12,901 nt of DNA from a virus. Each line of letters begins with the position of its first letter. Position 1 is the stretch's first letter. Both the position numbers and the translations under genes were made by a program. The notes beneath the pieces were generated by a model. It was not told where the DNA came from. It ran no database searches and saw nothing but the letters and a program-made list of their open reading frames with translations. Where the stretch lies: positions 1 through 12,901 of the IMG/VR virus record IMGVR_UViG_3300045988_120558; one strand, 5' to 3'. Shown here one piece after another: positions 1-5,716 of the stretch.

Positions 1-117
1 AAACTTGGCAAGACAAACCTATGAATAAATTGTTAAGATTTCCCCAATCTGTTCATATTTCGTTCATATTTCGTTCATAATTGCAAAACTGGCATGATTC
101 TTGCTAGGTAACTATAA
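1..117. repeat. Left inverted terminal repeat (ITR) of a linear protein-primed genome
   Basis: Bases 1-117 are the reverse complement of 12785-12901, with 116/117 identical (mismatch at 84 C vs 12818 A). Homology stops abruptly at 118. The genome end starts 5'-AAA, the reiterated terminal base needed for sliding-back initiation as in phi29 (AAAGTA). Confidence 0.95.
51..79. repeat. 11-bp direct tandem repeat inside the left ITR (GTTCATATTTC x2 plus partial GTTCATA)
   Basis: Read directly: gttcatatttc (51-61), gttcatatttc (62-72), gttcata (73-79). The period is about one helical turn. It is mirrored in the right ITR at 12823-12851. Confidence 0.9.
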
Positions 118-123
118 CATTAA

Positions 124-156
124 ATTGTCTGACAATATAGCATAAAGTCTGACAAT
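124..156. promoter_or_regulatory. Two candidate operator sites sharing the core GTCTGACAAT, 20 bp apart, just upstream of the early promoter
   Basis: ATTGTC-T-GACAAT (124-136) is a perfect 6-1-6 palindrome. The second copy AAAGTC-T-GACAAT (144-156) is imperfect. The 10-bp core is repeated at 127-136 and 147-156, and the sites lie immediately 5' of the -35 at 164. Confidence 0.5.
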
Positions 157-163
157 TATTCTG

Positions 164-192
164 TTGACATCTTAGTTCATATGGACTATAAT
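164..192 (+). promoter_or_regulatory. Early promoter, perfect sigmaA/sigma70 consensus
   Basis: TTGACA (164-169), exactly 17 nt spacer, TATAAT (187-192). It lies just inside the left ITR and upstream of the first gene. Confidence 0.8.
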
Positions 193-238
193 AGACCTAA
201 CAAATAAATCAAGCACGGCCATAAGGCAGGAGGGTTAT

Positions 239-400
239 ATGTATACTCTTTATAAGGAGTATAATGGAGCAAGATACTTTGCTGATGCATATGATGGAAC
301 TGATGATGTTGAGCTTATTAATGCAACAAACGATAAAGAAGCTATTGAGTTATTTAAAGAGATTATGAGATTAAAAGAGGATGAACAGGAGGAACAGTAA
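239..400 (+). CDS. Small, highly acidic early protein (53 aa), unknown function; not in the ORF track
   Basis: ATG 239 is preceded by AGGAGGG (228-234). My translation is MYTLYKEYNGARYFADAYDGTDDVELINATNDKEAIELFKEIMRLKEDEQEEQ. Stop TAA 398-400 abuts the next ATG at 401. I count 15 D/E against 6 K/R. Confidence 0.6.
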   Translation: MYTLYKEYNGARYFADAYDGTDDVELINATNDKEAIELFKEIMRLKEDEQEEQ

Positions 401-775
401 ATGAAATCAAAATACGAAAAACTCAAATATACCAATACTGGGGTAAAAGCCCCGGTAGTGACTCTCATGAAATCCAGTACAGAACTTTGTAGGTCAAACA
501 TGATAGAATTAAACTATCCAGAAGTAACAATCATCATAAGGAGAATTGCACGAAAAACAATGTACAATCGTTCAATGTCTCTAATAAATATTAAAGCAGA
601 TCATTTTATTGCCTCATTTTATGTTCATGATACTATTAACGATGCAAGAGTTGTATGTGAGAATATTTATTTGATCATTAAAAAACCAGAATTAGATTTT
701 CGCATAACAACTATGGAATACAATAGCATTTATGAGTATATGAAGGGAGTAGTATACAATGCCAAAGAATCCTAA
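401..775 (+). CDS. Hypothetical early protein (124 aa); by position possibly an SSB or dsDNA-binding replication accessory protein
   Basis: ORF-track ORF. AGGAGGA (387-393) lies 7 nt upstream of ATG 401. It overlaps the next gene by 17 nt. I recognise no motif. Confidence 0.6.
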   Translation: MKSKYEKLKYTNTGVKAPVVTLMKSSTELCRSNMIELNYPEVTIIIRRIARKTMYNRSMSLINIKADHFIASFYVHDTINDARVVCENIYLIIKKPELDFRITTMEYNSIYEYMKGVVYNAKES

Positions 776-1379
776 AATCCCAACCACGTCAAAGGGTTTG
801 AACATCAACCCGAACATGCTTACTACGCTTGAGGCTCTACAGCTCCGCAGGCAGCTTGCAAAACGTCTGAATCAGCGTATGCGCAGATTAAAAGCAAAAG
901 GTTTTGATTCAGAGGTTGGAGGAGCGTACGCAGACTACCAGGACTTGCTTGTAAGATTTTTCCCGGGTAGGTCATCTATTCCGGAAAATCTGGAAAATGA
1001 AAAATACAAGGGATTACCGCGAACTCAGGTGAAAGCCATCCAAAAGATATTGAAAAAAAAGAGCAGCACTGTTCAGGGCTGGCATGAGATCATAGATAAA
1101 CGCCAAAAAACCCTTAGCACAGAATATGGGATCAACTTTAAATCTAAAGAGGAAATGAAGTTATTTTTTAAGTCTGAAGTATGGTCATGGATGCAACGAT
1201 TTTATGACAGTAAACAGACAATGAGAATAATCAGTCATAAACTGGATGATTCTACGGTTTCTGAGATCATAAAAGATCTGGAAAAATTCCGGGAGAGAAC
1301 TGATCCAGATGCAGCTGATACGATAGCAAAACAACTAGGTTTTTCTGGCGAAGCAGAAGCTTTGAAATATAGACCATAG
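759..1379 (+). CDS. Candidate terminal protein (206 aa)
   Basis: It sits immediately upstream of the protein-primed DNA polymerase, the phi29 gene3-gene2 synteny. The N-terminus is strongly basic and helical (LQLRRQLAKRLNQRMRRLKAKG). SD GGGAG (745-749) precedes ATG 759. The assignment rests on position and composition only. Confidence 0.5.
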   Translation: MPKNPKIPTTSKGLNINPNMLTTLEALQLRRQLAKRLNQRMRRLKAKGFDSEVGGAYADYQDLLVRFFPGRSSIPENLENEKYKGLPRTQVKAIQKILKKKSSTVQGWHEIIDKRQKTLSTEYGINFKSKEEMKLFFKSEVWSWMQRFYDSKQTMRIISHKLDDSTVSEIIKDLEKFRERTDPDAADTIAKQLGFSGEAEALKYRP

Positions 1380-1394
1380 CAAGGGGGGTAAAGT

Positions 1395-3518
1395 ATGGTA
1401 GTCGCAGGATATCCAGTTATTTATTTTAAAAACTATGATTATATGCGACTATTCAATGGTGATTTTATCCGGAGATCCAATGCAGGTCATTATCTAGGTG
1501 TCTATGAAAAAATAATAACTGTTGATACAGAAACTTTTGTCTATCTTAACAAAAACATTGGCTTTGTCACGGATTGGACAATCACGATAGAGGATGATTG
1601 TTGTATTTACGGCAACCATGTTTCTGATCTGATTGATACGATCGACAGGATTTGCACAACTTTACATGCTGACGATAGCCACCTTGTAAGATTTTTCATT
1701 CATAACTTTCCATATGACTATGTTTTTCTTCGTAACCATTTTTTCCAAAAGTGGGGGAATCCTGATAAATCACTGGCTGCTAAGACACATAAATATATTT
1801 TTATGAAATGGACAGGACAAGGCATTGAGTTCCGTGATAGTCTCATCTTGACACAAAGATCACTTGAGAAGCTTTGTAAAGACATGGGAACAACTGAAAA
1901 AGCTGTCGGAACATGGGACTATAAGAAATTCCGAACGCCAGCAAGTCCACGTACAGCAAAAGAAATAGCCTATGTCTGTACGGATACAATCAGTCTATGC
2001 AAGGCATTACGCAAATACATAGATCAGCGAGGATTTAACGTGGCGAACTGTCCGCTGACCAATACGGGCTTTATCCGGACGAACGCCCGCAGGAGAGCAA
2101 GAAAAGACAAGAAATGGAAAAAGCAATTTGAGAAAATGGCTCTGACGTTGGAGCAATACGATCAAATGCTTGACTGCTATCATGGTGGCTATACGCATGC
2201 TAATAGGTATTATGTGAATCAATTAATAAAAGGGACTGTTGAATGTTATGATTTTGCAAGCTCATACATAGCCTGGATGTGCTATTGTAAGTTTCCTATG
2301 TCGAATTTTTGTTATACAAATAATATAACATTAAAAGACATTATGGATTTGAAAGATGATTATGCTTTTTCTGGTTATATCAGATTAAAGAATCTGAGAC
2401 TGAAAAAAGACTGTCCTATGCCCCCGCTGTCTTTTTCAAAAGCAAAAGTTTGTGTTTTTCCAGAAGCCAAAAGCAAAAAAGAACAGTTTCATGATAATCT
2501 GGATAACGGAAAGATCGTCAACGCTGATCTTGTCATCTATCCATTTACGGATCCAGATTTAGAAGTAATCCTGTCAAGCTATGATTATGAATGGGCTGAC
2601 GTGTCAAAAGTAATGAGAGCTACAAAAGACTACTTGCCGGAGTGGTTTACTGATTACTTGATGGAATTGTTTTTTAAAAAATGCACCCTTAAATGTTTGG
2701 ACGAAGCAAACTACATGATATCAAAGGGGGAGCTAAATGGCATGTACGGCATGACGGTTCAGAGAATCATTCAAATCTTATGTACAGAGCTTATGGAGTC
2801 AGGAGAGTGGGAAGCAAAAGAACCAGAGGACAGGGAAAAAGAGCTTGAAAAGTTCTATCGGAACAAGAACAACTTCATGCCCTACCAGTGGGGGGTATGG
2901 ATCACAGCGTATGCACAAGCTTATCTGTTCCAGCTGGGTTTCTGCTGCCGGAGGTGGTTATATTCAGACACAGATTCAGTAAAGGGAACAGACTGGGATC
3001 ATGATAAACTGGATGAGTTTAATCAGTCAATCGTTGAAATGTCACAAAAAAGAAACATTGGAGTAGTTGATTATAATGGAAAAACTTTCCGGTTGGGAAT
3101 TGCTGAGTTTGACGGGATCTATTCTGAGTTTATAACAATGGGAAGCAAGCGTTATTGCTACCGATTGAAAAAGGATGCATCCTTGCATCTGACGGTCGCA
3201 GGAGTTCCAAAAGAGGGTATTTACTGTTTGAATGACGATATAACAAATTTTCGAAAAGGGTTTATTTTCAAAAATGATTTGACATTCCGCAGGAACTACC
3301 GCAGAGCGAATGATTGGCAGGATCCAAAATGGAAGATGAAAACAGAGTATCTTTTCCATGACGGAATCAATGAAATGAATATTGATGGATGCAAGATTGA
3401 ATATGGTTGTGCCATCCGGTTAACAGATACAGAATATGAATTAGATCATACAATCCCATACGATAAAGAAACAGGATTACCCTTGCCGTTTGAAATAGAA
3501 GATACCGTGTACGGATAA
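1395..3518 (+). CDS. Family B DNA polymerase, protein-primed (phi29 gp2-like), 707 aa
   Basis: Motifs read from the translation: ExoI ITVDTETF (D44/E46), ExoII HNFPYDYVFL, ExoIII YVCTDTISL. Pol motif A is YDFASSYIAWM (Dx2SLYP type), motif B KGELNGMYGM (Kx3NSxYG), motif C YSDTDS (residues 523-528, nt 2961-2978), and KxY is GSKRYCY. SD AAGGGGGG (1381-1388). Confidence 0.95.
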   Translation: MVVAGYPVIYFKNYDYMRLFNGDFIRRSNAGHYLGVYEKIITVDTETFVYLNKNIGFVTDWTITIEDDCCIYGNHVSDLIDTIDRICTTLHADDSHLVRFFIHNFPYDYVFLRNHFFQKWGNPDKSLAAKTHKYIFMKWTGQGIEFRDSLILTQRSLEKLCKDMGTTEKAVGTWDYKKFRTPASPRTAKEIAYVCTDTISLCKALRKYIDQRGFNVANCPLTNTGFIRTNARRRARKDKKWKKQFEKMALTLEQYDQMLDCYHGGYTHANRYYVNQLIKGTVECYDFASSYIAWMCYCKFPMSNFCYTNNITLKDIMDLKDDYAFSGYIRLKNLRLKKDCPMPPLSFSKAKVCVFPEAKSKKEQFHDNLDNGKIVNADLVIYPFTDPDLEVILSSYDYEWADVSKVMRATKDYLPEWFTDYLMELFFKKCTLKCLDEANYMISKGELNGMYGMTVQRIIQILCTELMESGEWEAKEPEDREKELEKFYRNKNNFMPYQWGVWITAYAQAYLFQLGFCCRRWLYSDTDSVKGTDWDHDKLDEFNQSIVEMSQKRNIGVVDYNGKTFRLGIAEFDGIYSEFITMGSKRYCYRLKKDASLHLTVAGVPKEGIYCLNDDITNFRKGFIFKNDLTFRRNYRRANDWQDPKWKMKTEYLFHDGINEMNIDGCKIEYGCAIRLTDTEYELDHTIPYDKETGLPLPFEIEDTVYG

Positions 3519-3520
3519 AA

Positions 3521-3529
3521 TGTTATAAA
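3521..3529 (+). promoter_or_regulatory. Possible extended -10 promoter (TGtTATAAA) in the gap after the polymerase gene
   Basis: TGTTATAAA at 3521-3529 (TGn plus 5/6 of the -10). There is no convincing -35. It lies in the 68-nt intergenic gap upstream of the small-ORF cluster. Confidence 0.25.
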
Positions 3530-3586
3530 TCTGTAATAGTTTTTTAACATAAATAAGTTACAATATAGACAGGAGGTGAAAAAACC

Positions 3587-3700
3587 ATGAAAAAATTCTG
3601 GAAAGAAAATAAAGAAGATATTGAAACGCTTTTCTGGACTTGTGTTACTTTTGCTTGCATGTTTGCAAGCTGTCAAGTATGGTTACTGTTAGTGGATTAA
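3587..3700 (+). CDS. 37-aa single-pass membrane peptide; not in the ORF track
   Basis: AGGAGGTG (3571-3578) precedes ATG 3587. The product is MKKFWKENKEDIETLFWTCVTFACMFASCQVWLLLVD: a charged N-terminus followed by a ~22-residue hydrophobic stretch. Stop TAA 3698-3700. Confidence 0.55.
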   Translation: MKKFWKENKEDIETLFWTCVTFACMFASCQVWLLLVD

Positions 3701-3733
3701 AGGGGGGGTAAATCATGAAAAAAAGTTGTTGAA

Positions 3734-3937
3734 GTGGCTGAGATTAAAAAGAAAATTGAAAAATTAATAAACTCAGCAAATGAAGATTTTAAGAAAGGTT
3801 TAAATAATTTATATGACTTGAAAATCTATGTGGCAAAATTAATGTTTTCCTATTTAGAAGATCTAATATGTGAACCAGAAACATGGGAAGAAGATATGTT
3901 TCGTCTGAATGAGTGGATGGATTCATTAAGACATTAA
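3734..3937 (+). CDS. Hypothetical 67-aa helical protein; start unresolved (GTG 3734, or ATG 3715 if the A7 run is one base too long)
   Basis: The ORF-track ORF begins at GTG and has no SD of its own. The strong SD AGGGGGGG (3701-3708) serves ATG 3715, which is in another frame and stops after 5 codons. See the finding at 3701-3740. Confidence 0.55.
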   Translation: MAEIKKKIEKLINSANEDFKKGLNNLYDLKIYVAKLMFSYLEDLICEPETWEEDMFRLNEWMDSLRH

Positions 3938-3950
3938 GGAGGTGAGAAAA

Positions 3951-4091
3951 TTGATTGACATGTCGGAGATCTATGAAACATTGCGAACAAGCAGCCTGCG
4001 AAGAGTAACTTACGAAGATGATGAAATTAGTATTGTAGCTTATAAGGTTGGAAAAATCATTAGAATTGATGTAAGGGAGGTAATAAGATGA
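3951..4091 (+). CDS. Hypothetical 46-aa protein; not in the ORF track
   Basis: AAGGAGGTG (3936-3944) lies 6 nt before TTG 3951, with an alternative ATG at 3960. The product is (M)IDMSEIYETLRTSSLRRVTYEDDEISIVAYKVGKIIRIDVREVIR. Stop TGA 4089-4091 overlaps the next ATG (ATGA). Confidence 0.5.
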   Translation: MIDMSEIYETLRTSSLRRVTYEDDEISIVAYKVGKIIRIDVREVIR

Positions 4092-4258
4092 ATACAATAT
4101 ACAAATTGTATGATGCGTTACTTACTATAAAAGAGTATTGTGTATCAAACAATACATGCAAGGATTGTCCACTCATTGATAGTGATGATTGTTGCATTTT
4201 TACAACAGATAGAGCACCATGTGATTGGAAACCGGTTAAGCCAACAATAATTAAATAA
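4088..4258 (+). CDS. Cysteine-rich 56-aa protein (possible metal-binding); not in the ORF track
   Basis: AAGGGAGG (4073-4080) lies 7 nt before ATG 4088. The product is MNTIYKLYDALLTIKEYCVSNNTCKDCPLIDSDDCCIFTTDRAPCDWKPVKPTIIK. Six Cys are spaced C-x5-C-x2-C-x7-CC-x8-C. Confidence 0.55.
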   Translation: MNTIYKLYDALLTIKEYCVSNNTCKDCPLIDSDDCCIFTTDRAPCDWKPVKPTIIK

Positions 4259-4273
4259 AGGAGATAAACTAAT

Positions 4274-4573
4274 ATGTTAAAATCAAACGTAAAAATTACT
4301 TGCAAACCTTATTCTGGTACCTCAAATACAAAAGCTTTTATTGATTTGACAGTGGATGACACACTGGTAATTAAAGGGCTGACGTTGGTTGAGGGAAAAA
4401 AAGGTCTTTTCCTGTCATTCCCGAGCAAAAAGGGAAAAGACAAAAAATACTATAATTCAATATATTCACTCGATAAAGAATGGAAACAGCTTTTGCAGGA
4501 TGCCTGCATCAAAAAATACAACGAGTGCAATCAGACTTCACAGTCTGCATCCTCCGGAGGTGGATTTCAATAA
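4274..4573 (+). CDS. spoVG: SpoVG-family nucleic-acid-binding protein (99 aa)
   Basis: By eye it aligns along its length with B. subtilis SpoVG. AFIDLTVDDTLVIKGLTLVEGKKGLFLSFPSKK...LLQDACIKKY matches [33 protein letters not shown]...IQDAVLTEY, and the length is the same (~97-99 aa). SD AAGGAG (4258-4263). Stop TAA overlaps the ATPase ATG (TAATG). Confidence 0.8.
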   Translation: MLKSNVKITCKPYSGTSNTKAFIDLTVDDTLVIKGLTLVEGKKGLFLSFPSKKGKDKKYYNSIYSLDKEWKQLLQDACIKKYNECNQTSQSASSGGGFQ

Positions 4574-5619
4574 TGAACATCTACGATAGAAATGGTTGGC
4601 TGGACTTTCCAAAGATCATCAAGATTGCCGATAAAAATAAGATTAACTTCATTTTCATCATTGGTGCACGTAGAACCGGAAAAACATATGGAATTTTCCA
4701 ACACTTCGTTAATGATGTTTTTTCCAAAAATGAGAAGATCATCTACATGAGACGTACAAAAGAGCAGCTAAAAAAAGTTTTTATTCCGGAGTTTGATCCA
4801 TGGCTGGACATAAACAAAGATATGAACAGGTTTTTTCATTTTGAAAAGCCCAGAGGTGAATACGGACGTATTAAGATTGTAGAGCAGGTTGAGGAAGAGG
4901 AAGTATATAGAGGTGAGGCATTCTGTCTCACCTCAATGCATAACAACCGTGGATTCTCTGGATCTGATTTCTCTGAGGGGTTTTATGATGAGTTCATCCC
5001 GGAGAAGATCGCTAAGTCAATCAGTGGGGAGGATGATGCTTTTCTGAATGCTGTTGAGACCATATCGGCAAACAGAGAATTGCAAGGAAAGAAGCCATTC
5101 CGCTGGTGGCTTGCTTCCAACTCAAACACATTAGATAATGCAATTGTGCAAGCTTTTGGATTGCTGCCAATATTGGAACGAATGAAAAAGAACAAGCAGG
5201 AGTTTTCCATGCTAAAAGAGAGAGGAATCATCTTGCTTTTGATTAACGATTCCCCGATTTCAGAAAAGAAGAAAGATACTGCGTTGTATCGTGCTTTATC
5301 ATGCGATACTGACTTTGCAAAGATGGCTTTATCGAATGAATTTGCATATGATGATGTCTCGGCTGTCAGATCAGAGGACATTAGGCAATACAAGCTAATT
5401 TGTGTGATCGGAAAAGTGGCCATTTACGAACACAAGTCAAAAGCACACTTGTATGTTTCTGATCATATTTCTGGCACTTGTAAAAATGTTTTTAAAGACA
5501 GCCGGCATGGAAAAGATCAGTTTAGATGCTTTTATAGCTGGATTGACAGCTATCGTCTGACAAATCGAATCAGTTACCAGAATATTTCTGTAAAATTTTA
5601 TATTGACAAACTATTTTGA
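4573..5619 (+). CDS. DNA encapsidation (packaging) ATPase, phi29 gp16-like, 348 aa
   Basis: Walker A is FIIGARRTGKTYG (phi29 VIGARGIGKSYA). IIYMRRTKEQL matches phi29 FIYVRRYKPEL. Walker B is GFYDEFIPEK (phi29 IVFDEFIREK), and LASNSN matches CLSNAV. I place the start at ATG 4573 (SD GGAGGTGG 4556-4563) rather than the track's 4480, which would overlap the SpoVG-like gene by 94 nt. Confidence 0.9.
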   Translation: MNIYDRNGWLDFPKIIKIADKNKINFIFIIGARRTGKTYGIFQHFVNDVFSKNEKIIYMRRTKEQLKKVFIPEFDPWLDINKDMNRFFHFEKPRGEYGRIKIVEQVEEEEVYRGEAFCLTSMHNNRGFSGSDFSEGFYDEFIPEKIAKSISGEDDAFLNAVETISANRELQGKKPFRWWLASNSNTLDNAIVQAFGLLPILERMKKNKQEFSMLKERGIILLLINDSPISEKKKDTALYRALSCDTDFAKMALSNEFAYDDVSAVRSEDIRQYKLICVIGKVAIYEHKSKAHLYVSDHISGTCKNVFKDSRHGKDQFRCFYSWIDSYRLTNRISYQNISVKFYIDKLF

Positions 5620-5631
5620 AACAAGTATATT
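5603..5631 (+). promoter_or_regulatory. Late (or RNA-gene) promoter, near-consensus sigmaA type
   Basis: TTGACA (5603-5608), exactly 17 nt spacer, TATATT (5626-5631). It overlaps the ATPase stop codon. The predicted start (~5637-5640) coincides with the first base of the long stem below. A GTCTGACAA copy sits upstream at 5554-5562. Confidence 0.65.
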
Positions 5632-5636
5632 AGAGC

Positions 5637-5716
5637 TAGGTCAGAGTGGCTACATCGACCGCCGGAAGCGGATTGCCGTGGGATGATTACCCAGAAGCTC
5701 TGACCTATTTAATTTT
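5637..5716 (+). ncRNA. Candidate structured RNA (three-way junction): pRNA-like small RNA or structured leader/attenuator of the late operon
   Basis: A closing helix pairs 5637-5646 (taggtcagag) with 5698-5707 (ctctgaccta), 10 Watson-Crick bp. Hairpin A is ccgc(5659-5662)/gcgg(5668-5671) with loop cggaa. Hairpin B is tggg(5679-5682)/ccca(5690-5693) with a 7-nt loop atgatta. The U-rich tail tatttaatttta follows. The element is locally much more GC-rich than its surroundings and contains no ORF. Confidence 0.4.

Noticed and set aside
51-79. Tandem repeats considered as a CRISPR or other array.
   Set aside because: They are contiguous 11-bp units without spacers, only 2.6 copies, and lie inside the ITR. 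That fits a protein-binding site, not CRISPR.
264-368. Alternative 34-codon ORF (MEQDTLLMHMMELMMLSLLMQQ...) with AAGGAG at 254-259.
   Set aside because: The Met/Leu-rich composition looks like an off-frame artefact. The 239-400 frame ends exactly at the next gene's ATG and reads like a real acidic protein. I kept it as the stated alternative in the finding.
250-501. Minus-strand 83-aa ORF from the track. The other minus-strand ORFs are of the same kind: 2007-2222, 3042-3359, 3446-3676, 3789-4097, 4060-4305, 4983-5423, 5871-6062, 6900-7088, 7295-7573, 9924-10142, 10987-11319, 11572-11769.
   Set aside because: All lie antisense to well-supported + strand genes. None has an SD-like sequence, and they translate to low-complexity S/F/I/C-rich strings typical of shadow ORFs in AT-rich DNA. 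No promoter faces leftward.
3519-3586. Possible terminator after the polymerase gene.
   Set aside because: There is a T-run (3540-3545), but I cannot find a stable GC-containing hairpin preceding it.
4480-4572. Upstream extension of the ATPase ORF (track start METAFAGCL...).
   Set aside because: It would overlap the SpoVG-like gene by 94 nt and has no SD. ATG 4573 has GGAGGTGG 9 nt upstream, and the gp16-like alignment starts there.
4389-4589. Alternative-frame + strand ORFs (also 9865-10077 and 11156-11353).
   Set aside because: They are nested entirely within better-supported genes (SpoVG-like, connector, collar) in other frames. They have no SD and their composition looks unlike real protein.
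5542-5547. Other TTGACA hexamers, e.g. at 3955, 4345, 5542, 10164, 10672, 10806, 10961 and 12175, as possible internal promoters.
   Set aside because: None has an acceptable -10 hexamer at 16-18 nt spacing. Only the sites at 164 and 5603 do.
5637-5707. Possible tRNA, given a ~71-nt element with paired ends and a 7-nt loop hairpin.
   Set aside because: On neither strand can I place a D-arm, a 5-bp anticodon stem or a T-loop (GTTCRANYC-like). Only three helices form, not a cloverleaf.
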